Of a DNA stretch of 64,000 nucleotides, positions 50,079 through 62,612 are shown one piece after another (positions within the stretch are counted from its first letter, which is position 1; the number at the start of each line of letters is the position of its first letter). The DNA lies in NCBI GenBank assembly GCA_030390025.1, contig CM059440.1, positions 47,120,001 through 47,184,000 of the forward strand, read 5' to 3'. The DNA is from Squalus acanthias (Eukaryota). The position numbers and the translations under genes are program-made. Under the pieces are notes generated by a model, which worked only from the letters and a program-made list of their open reading frames with translations, had not been told where the DNA came from and searched no databases.

Positions 50079-52151
50079 CTGATTGATTAAATTAAAAACC
50101 ACCTAGTTTGGTGTAGGCCATGAACTGATGGGATATGAGGTGTGTGGTTGTTGGAACAAGGCATCCTTTTTTTGGGGAGGCGGATGGAGGAAGCAAGAAT
50201 TAGAAAGATGTCCGATGCTACATTATTCAGAGTTTGCGCTGGCATTTTAGCCGCCTTGTTTTAATGGTTCTGTTGCAAAACTGGAAGTCTTCCTGTATTT
50301 GAGTCCCAGTATACTAGTTCTTGCTATCAAAACGGGAGGAAAAAAATCATGCTGGTGAATTCAACATTATGTCAAATAAATGTTGCGCCGCTGGGATGTG
50401 TTAAATGTTCGAAAGTCCGGTGGGTCTGTGAATACCAGTAATTGGATATTTCTTGCTGTTCATTCCAATCTACAAAGCGAAATACTGTGAAGCCACTTTG
50501 CTACAAGCAATTACAGCTTGTGGAAAAATTTACTGCAGGAATGGAATACTGAACGTTAAGAGTTAATGTGCATTTGAAACTGCAGACAGCCCACAATTAT
50601 TGCATGATTAAATTATCCTAGCCTTGCCACCAGTTTCTGCATCTCATTTTTAAAAGAATCTCTTCTGTCGTCATCCTTTTTCTCCCTCCTCCAGCGCGCC
50701 GCCGCCCCCCCCCCCCCCCCCCCCCCCCCAAAGAAAATGTTGGTGTCCTACTATGTTCCTGAGCGGACGTGCCTCAACCTTGAGCACAATAATAAACTCT
50801 TGCTGAATTACATGAACTATTGATGAGAGGGGGATGGGGAAGGTTATAAACATGGGTCTGACGATAGTCGCTATTATCTCATCAGGCCTTGTAGTCTACT
50901 AGAAGCTTGTCAGACGCCTATCATATTGAGTACTTCATTGTGTTACAAGCATCTTCATTAAAAAAAAAATTAAAAATCCGGAATTTTAGCTTGTAACTAT
51001 ACTGCCAAAATTCGGCCAAATGTGTAGATGTCTTTAAAAACACAAGTTTTAACTGGAGAAATCCAATTGTATGTTTTACATCAAACTTTCTCATCTCCTT
51101 ATCATTGGATCGAGACATTTTCACTTTGTACAGACAAGTATGAAAACATCCAATGTAAGTCGCAGGAGTAGTTTTGACATTTTAAGACACGAGCTGCTGT
51201 GTTCAGTGCTGAAGGTCGGAAATGTTTTATATAATTGAACTTCCAACCATGGCTTCATGGTTTCTGTATCTTTTGTAGGTTTCCACCAACACCATTTCCT
51301 GTTCTTTTGACTGATTTGTGCTTCCTTAGCTCAGTTCCCACACCCTTCTGGCTCCAAATGGCAAATGTTCAATGCCACGCACAAACATAGTACAGTTCCT
51401 TCAGTGTAAAGATTTGACTTCTAATCTCTCTAAGTGTGACACTAGATTTACACACACAAGATTTTCTTGAGACTTTGAAGCTTTTGTAGTTTACTCAACT
51501 TCATAGCTAACAATCATGAAAATCAGCCTTATTGCCAATTTAAAAATGTGTTTTCAGTGGGAAATTTAAAGTGTGTTTGTCAAATCAAGTCAGTTTTTAC
51601 TGATTCACAAGTCCAAAAAAATCTGGATTTCAGTGGAAATTGGTTAAATTTATTTTTTAAATGATTTAACGGCCTCTGATACTAGTCAGTAGTGAGAAAT
51701 CATTTTTAATTTTGTGTGGGGGTTATCTGTTCAGTTAATGAGCCTAAGGGAGCTAAATGTTGTGGGCAGTTAATGTTTCAGTTCAACTGTTGAATCCACC
51801 TCCATGTCTTACTCTTGAGTATATTCACACTATGACTAGTGTCAATGTAAAATGGTTTTTGTTTTGTATAATCAGGCACTGCAGTTACTGCAGAAGTACT
51901 GCTTTATCCAAATCAGAGCCCAACCTAACACCAAATCAAAGAGCAGGAGGGAGACTTCTTGGAGGTGGTCTGGCTCTTTACTTAAGTCAGTTCAAGCCTT
52001 GACACCAAAATTTGCACTCTGCAAGTTTAGTGTCAGTGTAAAGATACCATTGTCTTCTGTCTCACTTGCCGAGGGAAGGGAAAAACCAATCTAGATGTGT
52101 GCGTGTGTTTTGCAGTTCATCTACGTCACTCACTTATACCTTCACTTACAC

Positions 52152-52305
52152 TCTCATTGCTGTTTGTGGGAGCTTGCTGTGCGCAATTGGCTGCCACATT
52201 TCCTACATTACAACAGTGACTGCACTTCAAAAAATACTTCATTGGCTGTAAAGTGCTTTGGGACGTCCGGTGGTCGTGAAAGGCGCTGCAGAAATGAAAG
52301 TTTTT
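52152..52305 (+). mobile_element. DeuSINE 3' fragment
   Basis: Matches 31450-31600. Confidence 0.85.
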
Positions 52306-52475
52306 TTTCTGTTCTGAAGATTTCTAGTGTCACCCCTTAACCTTTTTGGCTCTACTGAAGAAATGCCCTAACTTCTCGACTCACTTATAAGCGTAACCCC
52401 TAATTGCTAGGTCCAACATTAATGTTCCAGTAAGAGATCAGAGTGGCACCTGGAGATCAGAGTGATACCCCCAAC

Positions 52476-53410
52476 ATTCATAGAATTACATAGGGTATAC
52501 GGCACAGAAACCAGCCATTTGGCCCAACCAGTCCATGCCTGCGTTTATGCGCCACTCGAGCCTCCTCCCGTCTTTCCTCATCTAACTATCCGCATAACCC
52601 TCTATTCCCATCTCCCTCATATGCTTATCCAGCCAACCCTTAAATGCATCTATACTATTCGCTTCAACCACTCCCTGTGGTAGCGAGTTCCACATTCTCA
52701 CCACTCTCTGGGTAAAGAAGTTCCTTCTGAATTCCCTATTTGATTTCTTGGTAACTATCTTATATTGATGGCCTCTCGTTATGCTCTTCCCCACAAGTGG
52801 AAACTCTCTCCGTGTCTACTCCATCACAATCTTTTATAATTTTAAAGACCTCTATCAGGTCACCCCTCAGCCTTTTTGCAAGAGAAAAGAGACCCAGCCT
52901 GTTCTTCCTTTCCTGATAGGTGTACCCTTGCATTTCTGGTATCGTCCTTGTAAATCTTTGCACGCTCCCCAGTGCCTCTATATCCTTTCTATAATATAGC
53001 GACCAGAATTGTACGCAGTACTCAAGTGTGGTCTAACCAAGGTTCGATACAGGTTTCGCATAACTTCACTACTTTTCAATTCTATCCCTCTAGAAATAAA
53101 CCCTAGTGCTTGGTTTGCTTTGTTAACCTGTGTCGATACTTTGTGATTTGTGTATTTGTACTGAGATCCCTTTGCTCCTCTACCCCACCCAGACTCTCAC
53201 CCTCCAAGTAATATGACTTCCCTATTTCTACCAAAATGTAATACCTCACATTTATCTGTGTGGAAATTAATTTGCCAATTATGCAAGTTTATTAATGTCT
53301 TCCTGTAATTTGATGCAGTCCTCCACCCCCACCCCAAAAATTTGGTGTCATCTGCAAGTTTAGAAATTGTGTTTTTGATTCCAAAGTCTAAATCACTAAT
53401 ATAAATTGTC
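52476..53410 (-). mobile_element. CR1 LINE 3' part
   Basis: ORFs 52582-52794, 52760-52963 and 53197-53439 (ADDTK, KCEVLHFGR). Confidence 0.92.
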
Positions 53411-53509
53411 ATTATTTTTCTTCTTTGAGCCTGAACCATACTTGTTTTTAAAATGTGTTTCTCTTGCTGGATTAAAAAAAACCTGCAACAGCACTCTAAT
53501 ACTGAGCAA

Positions 53510-53635
53510 CAGGGGAGTCGAGGGTTATGGGGAGTGGGCAGGAAAGTGGAGTTGAGGCCAAAATCTGATCAGCCATGATCTCATTAATGGCGGAGCGGGC
53601 TTGAAGGGCCGAAAGGCCTGCTCCTATTATGTTCT
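53510..53635 (+). mobile_element. CR1 3' UTR fragment (different subfamily)
   Basis: GATCAGCCATGATCTC...AGGGCCGAAAGGCCT terminal stem. Confidence 0.75.
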
Positions 53636-55019
53636 AATATGAATTGGTTGTTGCTTTATTTTAAATTGCAGAAATGTGACACTTGTATTTTTATTCTAAA
53701 TGTTCTTTTATTTAACAAACTAGTGCATTTTGTTACCAAAAGTATTGTACTTCACAGGTTATGCTTGCATATAGGCGCTCTCTATGGGGGGAATTTAGCT
53801 CATACACCACGCTCCAAACTTCAAACCCTTTTTTTGTGTGCTTTAAAATCACATTCAAATACATATGGGAAAGCGAACAAGCTATTCAGGGACAGGAATA
53901 GAACACTTAGGAGTAGCCTATCTTGTGTTGATTTCCAGATGCAAGGCCTTCCTGGTTCAGATGTGGGACTGCAGTCTGCCGTTAGCGTAGCCATGATCTA
54001 GTTTTTCCATGAAATGAGTGGAATCTGGTGACCATTGTTACTTCGAATCTGAGTGCTGTAGGAGCTTTTCAAACAAATGTAGTCCTTTTCCATGAAGGGT
54101 AGTCTTTTGAAGCTGATTTATTTTCAAACGTAGCAGCTTTATTCCAGTGAGAATTTTGTTGGAACAGAAAATGAAATGTTAAGTGTCATTGCACCAACAT
54201 TACTCTAATGTCCAGTCCCTGGAAAATGAATCTACTGTGATAATTTTAACTGGATGTTTTTGCATTAACTAACTACTGGGAGGGTTACATGTTTTGTCAC
54301 CAGGTGATTTCACTGTTGTGCTTGCTGCTGACAAATACATAAATAAGAATTGTGAACTTAAATTGCAAGATTTCATAGTTCTTTTGGCTTCGTGATCAAA
54401 CCTAGGAGTTTCCAGACCCTTGGGAATAAATGTCTACATTTCCAACAGTTTTCTTTTGTTCGATGCTGTCCAGGTGTTTGTTCTGGCTGATTAGCTAGGA
54501 ATAGTTACAAAGCCAGTTGCATTGCAGGAGATTACCTCTAAGATTTAATGTTTTAGTGATTGTCTTTTGACTCTGCTGCTGTTTGTGGTGCCAGGTGAAT
54601 GCTGCAATATTTTCCCTTTAATGGTTTCATCTGTGATTTGCTTCCTTCAGTTTATACTGGCAGATGGATGCAGAATCATCTGATTTTTTTAGTTGATTCA
54701 GCGTGAGCTCGCTTCCATAAGCAAGGTTTCCTCATCAAGGTGGTGACTACTTGTTTCCGGGCAAGTTAATATTGAGTCACAAGTAATATTGGCTCCACGA
54801 GATATTTTTTTAATTTTGTGGTAATGTTGCAACTGAGAGCATGTGCAGTAAAAAACCACTGTGCAATGAATGCATCAGTTTAGTTCCCAATAAAGTTTTA
54901 CATTTAACTTTAATTGCCTGTATGTCTATAGCACGATAGATAATGAACAAGGGCCAGAATCGTGGAATGATTCCCCACCCCCACCCTACGCCCTCTGAAA
55001 AATTGTATACTCATGTCAT

Positions 55020-55425
55020 GGCTGGGCTCTTTCCTCAAGAGGATGACCTGATAGAGGTCTTTAAAATTATGAAGGGGTTTGATCCGGGGAATGTGGAGAA
55101 ATTATTTCCACTTGTGGGCAAGTCCACAACAAGGGGTAATAAACATAAGATAATCACTAACAAATGAAATAAAGAATTTAGAAGGAATTTCTTTACACAG
55201 TGGTGAGAATGGGGAACTTGCTGCCACGAGTGGTTGAAGCAGAGAGCATCAATGTATTTAAGGGGAGGGTGTACATGAGGCAGAAGGGAATAGAGAGATA
55301 TGGGGGCAGGGCGCGAAGCGGTCATTTTAGAGTGCGAGAGGCTCGTGCGGAGTATAAACTCCGGCATAGGCCAGTTGGGCCGAATGGCCTGTTTCTGTGC
55401 TGTAGATTCTATGTAATTCTATGTA
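55020..55425 (+). mobile_element. CR1 LINE 3' end abutting the exon 4 acceptor
   Basis: DLIEVFKIMKGFD...LFPLVGKSTTRG, GGGCCGAATGGCC stem, and (ATTCTATGTA)2 tail at 55406-55425. Confidence 0.92.
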
Positions 55426-55444
55426 GGTTTTCTTGTCTTCACAG

Positions 55445-55588
55445 GAAGAACAGAACCGAGGCAAACCCAACTGGGAACATCTGAATGAAGAGCTTCATGT
55501 ATTAATAACTGTTGAGGACACACAAGACAGAGCTGAATTGAAGTTACGAAGAGCCGTAGAAGAGGTTAAGAAACTACTGGTGCCTGCT
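55445..55588 (+). CDS. QKI: Quaking coding exon 4 (C-terminal half of the KH domain)
   Basis: Acceptor TTTTCTTGTCTTCACAG, reading [48 protein letters not shown], donor GTAAGT. 144 nt, phase 0/0. Confidence 0.98.
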
Positions 55589-56413
55589 GTAAGTTGTTTT
55601 GGAAGTTTTTAGCTGATGGTTATCACAAACTGTAAATACTTCAAGTTCAAATGTAATTAATGAAATCCACTTTTCCTAAATATCCATAGAATATGAATTG
55701 ATATTTTTCAGTAATTTTTAAAATACTTGAAAGTGGGAGACATGGAATTTTGAATATTTCCATAAGTGGGATTTTCCAAAATTGCTGCTTCTGCTATGGT
55801 GCACTCACTAAGACGATAGTTATTTCAGTAGATTTGGATTGCTTTCACAAAAATATAAACTCAACTGTTTACTAAATCTGGAAGCACAAAAAGATGGGAA
55901 TGAGAATTACTGATTTAAACTGTCTAGTCTTCATGTCTAGATCCCTGTACAAGACTCAGACCATTTTCTTTGTTCTTTGGCACCAGACCCATGCAGTTGT
56001 ACTTCTTCCATGTTGCATATATCGCCATTTCTTGTATGGATGCTCCAATAATCTATGTTTCTTCAACCGGTTGGCAGTCTGATCTACAAGATGTTAAGTT
56101 AGTTGTGTTTTAGCTTGAGATTTCCTAGGCTTACTACATCTCCTCATTGCTTTTCTGTTCAACATGAAGAACTTCTCATCTAGCCTGACAAAAGGATCTC
56201 TATGCAAAATGTTAACTTTTTTTAATCCTCAGCTGTTCCCTATTACCCACCAACTCATTATGTCCATATCGATCCACTTTTCACCCACATACTAATTAGT
56301 CCCATCAAAATTGCTCACTTTCACCCAACAAATTCTTATTACCTTGTGTTGCTCGTCTCTAACTCGTTTCCCTAATTCTGTCCCGTATTCATTTCATCCC
56401 AAGTTCTACCTGC

Positions 56414-56558
56414 TAATGTTCCGCCTAATTATTTTTGGGTGCACGGCCCCTTTAACAGTCTGCGCAGCCCATTCAAAGTTTTGCGCAATCACATTGGAAA
56501 AGCTGGTCCCGGGTTGCGCGGGACTGGCAGACAACTGTACAGCTTAGAGGGAACGTTG
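56414..56558. mobile_element. hAT-type MITE, 145 bp
   Basis: TIRs TAATGTTCCGCCTAA and TTAGAGGGAACGTTG; 8-bp flanks CTACCTGC and CTACTTAC (6/8 match, TSD-like). Confidence 0.72.
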
Positions 56559-59500
56559 CTACTTACCCCTGAACTATTTACTGTAGCCTACCTTATCACT
56601 ACAAAGTGCTCTCTACCTCAAGTAACCTTTTGCCTAATTTTCAATATTTTCCTCCATCAACCACTCCTGTCTCCAAACTATTCACGACCTTCTCATACAC
56701 ATCACTTCCCCAGTCCCCTAAATTCCTCCCACACTAACTCCCAAATCCTCACCATCAATACTCCATCCGAAACATCACTTGCTCTTGCCAACACCATTTC
56801 ATTTTCCATTTGCTTATTCAGCACCATTTCTTCTGATTTGCTGACAGCAGCGTGATGGGAGATCTCTTTTTCATCTCCAATGGGACCATATTTAACTCTT
56901 GGCTTCTATAGTTCATTGACCTTTAGAGGCAGTCAAATCTGTGATCTTCCTTTTGACCCCGTTCTAGAGCTTGCATTTTTTTGAACACCTGCACCATTTA
57001 TGCAAGGCACGCATATTTTCGATATTATGCAAAATACCTCTCTGCACTTTGATGATCCTACACTCTGATAAAATGCACATGAACGGCGATCTCCCCAGTT
57101 GTGCAATGCTGTATAAAGAGGCAAAAGAATGAGCTACATAATTTGAAGGATAAATAGTTAACTCTTCAATGTCTCTCCTAGTTTTTAGCCTGTATATGTG
57201 CCAAGTGCGTGGCCACTGCACTTAAAAACAAAATATTGTTTTCAATGTGATGGTTTCCAGTCTTCTGGATCTGAATAACCAGATTAAATGTAAGTGCTCC
57301 ATTCACTTATCAGTACAGGCTGACTTCAAGGAAAAAGGAACCTCTTATCCACAAAAATGGAAGTGACCCTTGTGTATGATGAAATTGGCAGATAAGAGAG
57401 TCCCTGAATTTTGGTCTTGCATTTATGGTGCAGTAATACCTAATACACCTGATTCCTGATTCAAGACTGATGCAATATAAATATTTGAAATGAAATGCAT
57501 GCATAAACAAAATGAGGTAATGTTTCCTGTAAATCCTGTGGAAAAACATTATTGAAATTATTTGGTGAATTAACAGGTAAAGTTTCAATCTGAACAAATT
57601 TGTTTCCCTAAACCTGTGGAAAGTAACATCTGTAGGGGAAGTGAATATCATGTCATTAGAAATGGCTGTTGTTGCTTATTATGGTGCCAGCCTTGGGGGC
57701 AGGGGTGGAAGGGAGACCACTGGAGGACTGCATCTATATCCTGCTGAGGAAATCACTGCAAAGGTTTGCAAAATCCAAGCTGCCTGGTCTCCTGACAACA
57801 TTAACCTTTTCTCTTCTCCAACCCAAAATTATTCCAGTTCAATTATAAATGGCGAACAGGATTTAGGTGATTTAAGGCTCTACTGTCCTTTCAATACATT
57901 GAGCGAAGGAGGCAGCAGCACCAATTTGTTCCCAGTATTGTCTCGCTCTATCCATTGACCCTTTTCACACAAGTGTCATAGCTCAAAATTTCATTCATCC
58001 TCAATCACAACAATGAATATTCAAAACTCTACCTTTTTGAGATGATGTGGGAATGGTTAGCCAAAGCTTGGTTTAATTTTTGAAAGCTCTTGACACCAGT
58101 TAATGTAAATTAACTTTTCATTATGGATACAGTGAGCCAGGAGACCCAGATTTCTAATGGGAGTTATTTAGTATGTCTGAAGAAATCTGAACTAATGTGC
58201 CACCTGAGTTTCCCCCCCCCCCCCCCTTAAATTAAGTAGGCTTGCATTAACATTCGTGTAACATTCACTGAGTAAAATACCTATCTGTATTCACCAGCAT
58301 GAAATTGTCTATTGAATTTTTCAGTACAATTAAATCCGTCTCCATTCATGAGCTTCCTTTTGTTTCGGCTTGTATTGGAACTCTACAATAGCCTGTTTCT
58401 GTTGAGCTGAACATTAAAACTTAATGGCAGTCATGAGTCTGTCCTGCAGCATGTTCACTGATTTTTTTTTTTTGGTCAGGATTCTTTCAGCAAGTTTATA
58501 TGCTCAATGTTGAAGTGATGACGGGTGCTCTTTGGTTAACTTTGTGGAAAGGACTCTCAAGGTTGCAGACTGTTGAGAATGATGGAGTGTAATGTCAGTT
58601 GAAATCAATATTTTATGGAGTCCTCATGCCCTCTAAATAGCAAAAAATATTTCGGTGGTTAATGCAAATGGTTTAGTGACTGTGGCATGTATTGGCGTTT
58701 CATTTGCTGCATTTTACATTAAAGCAGCATGTAAATAGTCAGCATCTTCTACACTTAGATTGCAATAGTGGTGAATGCTTTTTATTCAACCTTCACATAC
58801 AAGGAGAAAATTGCTATCATCCCATGAGATTGAACTTTTTACTGAGGAAGACCGTGCCTACAGTAGGTAATTTAATATTTTTACTCCCCTTAAATTCTTG
58901 ATCGAAACTGATGGCTTAAGTAACTTAATTTCTGAAACTTGTCATTCCATATATGCTTTCACTTTTGTGACATTAGCTTTAGTTTATTCCATTGGCATGA
59001 TTGGAAATACGAAACTGATTAGTGAAAACCTGCATTTTCTGGAGTGCACGTTGCTTAACTCTGCAGTTATTTCAGATTTTACTTTGTGGTGATGCTGTAT
59101 TCTGGCATGTTCCTTAAAGAGGGGTTCAGTAAATATTTCAAGGGTTTTTGTAGGGATCTCTAACTTTTATAAATCAAACTGTAAAAATTTCCAATTCAAT
59201 AATCTAAGCCTAAATTTTAATTCAAAGCATTCTCCAAGAATGAATGGCAGAAATTTGATTGTGCTTTCCTTCATTGAAGCTCCTCAGTAGATTGTGATTA
59301 TATTGTGTTTTGTCTCCTCACCTATACCAATTTTGTATTGACCGCTTCCTGCTGGCCTAGTGAGTAAAGGAGCAAAGCATTGACATTGGTTACTTAAAAA
59401 GGTCCAAGCTGCCTGGGTCTGAAGTTGATAATGTTGAATGCCTTTCGGAAGGGACTATTTTTTTTCCTAATGTCCAGCTATGAATAGCCAAATCTGATTT

Positions 59501-62484
59501 AAGGCTTTCTAAGCCTACACCTCATTCAGCCAGGTGGGGTTGGCGAGAGCAGGGCAACAATAGGAGAAAGCTGGGTTTGGGGGGGGGGGATGCGGTTGGC
59601 ACTCTTGAAAATCTGATTTGATTTTTTAAAATTTACATTCCTTGCATGAGAAGGAGACCTCCAGCAAACTGTAGAAGAGGATTTGAGCATGAACTGGTGA
59701 TTGCTCTAATAAAAGTTTGACAGTTGGCTCGAGTGGCTTGGAAGAGTGCAATGCTAATGAGTAAAGTGAATTGGAGCAATTAGTGAGTGCTGAATAAATT
59801 GGGGGACATTGTGAAACAGTTCAGCAAAAGGATAATCATTCTAAGCAGTGACTGCCTTCTGATTGCCGGCTGCTGCAATCACTGTGCATGTAATTGGCTT
59901 TCGTTGTGATACATTAGTTTTTTAAAATTGGATTTATATGAAGTGCAGGATGCAAGTTTTAAGACTCATTTTAAAACCAGAGATAACTGTGCAAACATAG
60001 TTAGATCTATTGCAAATAAATGATGCTATCTAATTGAACTATAAGAGACTAAATCTGATCTGGTATTAAGTGACAGTAGTTCGCATGTTTGCCCGTGCAT
60101 GAACACAAGTACTGTTAGCACTCTGTGATTTGTAGAGATTTCTAAAAGGGCATATTTAAAAAAAAAAAAAATTAAAACAAAAATTTGCATTTAAAAGCAC
60201 ATCTTTTTCTAACCTCGTCTAGTGAAGAAGAAAGTGAACTGAATGAGCCCTGTAAATTGCTCGGGAAAGATTTGATTTCTCGAAGTTATGCTTTTTTCCC
60301 CCCTCCTTGTCCTTTCATGAAGATGGTGGCTCTTAACTGGAGAATGCTTACTTGGGCATTGAAATCCTTAGGTTCGCATCCAAGTGGCCATTTGTCATCT
60401 ATGAGCCGTGATGGTGAATATTAACTGGCTATATGAGCGTGAGAAGGAAGAGTATGATCCAGCAGCCAATCACAATCCGGTGTTTGATAAGCACCTGCAT
60501 GAGACTCCCCACCAGAAGCTATTGAGAAAAATGGAGGTTCCAAATCATAGCCCATCACCTCTGCCCACACCACCTCCCAGGTATAACCTGGAGGCATTGC
60601 GCCCAGAATAGTGCCCTGTCACCACGATTGGCTACTGTGCACAGATTGAGATTGAAATTGAACCTGGAACCTTCCTGGACTTTGACTCCGTATTCTATCG
60701 TGCACCTGCTGGCTTAGTCTTTGCAAGAGTCTGATGCCATTTTAAAAGATGAGCTGAATGATGCTAACTGGGGTGTAGATCCTTGATGAGCCACAATACT
60801 TATGTAAAGTGTACTTCTAAGAAAATAACTAAAGTGTGTAGATAGATTCTAATATGATGGGTTGTCACCAGCAAGTGTAATGGTGGCTGTTGCCTGGTGT
60901 TGCACACTAGTCTTTTTCAAAAGAAAAGTTTAATAATTACTTCATACCCCTACCAAGGTGCAGATCTGAACCGCTGATTTTTTTAAAAGCCAAAAAAGAT
61001 TTAATTAATTCCAATAAGATTGTATACATTCGTCTCCTGTTTACAGATGTTGATTAACCTGCTGTTTCTTTCCCAGCCTTTGCTGTTTTATTGCCCTTGC
61101 AGTAATTCCTTGCCAACTTCGTAGACTTTTAAAAAAAAAAAGTAAGCTTTAGCTTTCATTTAGTAATGCACAAGAGAGGATGTCTAACATTTTGCTTTTC
61201 AGCTGTCGTTGCATACCAGGACACTGTAAAAACACAGCCAGTAAGTCTCATTCGAAGCACATTGGCCCACGTGCTACCTTTCGCTTAGTATTTCTGGCCT
61301 GGTGACCCTCTAATGACTTCTTCCTACCTGCATTACCTTTTGCAAAATCTTTTGTTTTGATTGCACACCATTTTTCAGCTGAGTTGAGAGGACCAATCTG
61401 CTGCTCTGCTTTGATTTGTGTTTTCATTGAAGTAGCACCTCCAGAATCTCTCAAGATTGGTACAGATTTGCTTCATCTAATTTCCCTCCTACTGTAGAAC
61501 CACCTTTTTCTACCAATTGAACAATTTCCCATTTGACTTCTTGTAATCTCCAATTATTGGAATTGGCATACCCTCACATTCCACTCATCTGGCATGGCAT
61601 GATGGTGCACAAGCTCAATATGCCATTTGACATCCCCTTCTGTTTAACAAAAGTAAATTGTCTTATCATCTTGGGTAAACACATTCACACTAGTTAAGTG
61701 GTGCTATATGAATGTATTTATTGTACAGTGGGTTTGTGTTGCTGTATTTCAGTCTTGTAACAAATGTATTCTAAAAAGTTTAATGCATGAGTAACATTTT
61801 TCTGTAACAATTGAAATAGCTGCAGTATATGGTCTGAGAAGGGTATTCAGTAGGTTAAGATTAATGTAAATTTTACACATTGCTGAATAATTTTGGAAGT
61901 TTTGGTTGTGGTCCAATCTCAATTTTGGTTAATGCATAGTTAGGTTGTGGACGGTATGAATTGGCTTATCCCAACGGCAGTAATTCTGTACAATAGATCT
62001 AAATGACGAGATTGAAAATGGGAAAGTCACTGCTAACATTGTGGAAGGTGAATGATTAAAGCTGTAGTGATAAAGTCCTTATCTTTGAAGTATTCTATTT
62101 GGGAACACCAATTATTTAAAACCCTGGGAGATGAAAAGTAACTTATTTAATGAAGATTTAAAAAAAGAAATGTTATATAATTTTTAATCCAGTGGTATTC
62201 ATTTGAAATGCATTAATGTGAGTTTGAGTAGAGCTGCAACATAAGCTGGAAACCCAAGGGATGAAAATTCTAAATTCTTTGAATTGAACACACCGCCTAA
62301 TTTCATTATATTACAATACTTTCGAGTCCTGATATTTTTGTAACCAATGAGCCAAAATATTAATAAAAATGTACAATTATTTGCTGAGCCGCAAGACGTC
62401 AGACAATGACTTGTACCCAGTCATAAATATCTCATTGCAGTTATGAAATACTTTACTCCACCCCCCCCCTTTTTTCGGACTAAA

Positions 62485-62612
62485 AGAAAGGCAGTCTTGC
62501 ATTTCTATAGTGCCTTTCTCTACCTCAGGGCGTCCCAAAGCGCTTTACAGCCAATGAAGTACTTTTGAAGTGTAGTCACTGTTGTAATGTAGGAAATGTG
62601 ACTGCCAATTAA
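62485..62612 (-). mobile_element. DeuSINE 3' fragment
   Basis: AAAGCGCTTTACAGCCAATGAAGTACTTTTGAAGTG is the reverse complement of 31520-31555. Confidence 0.85.
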
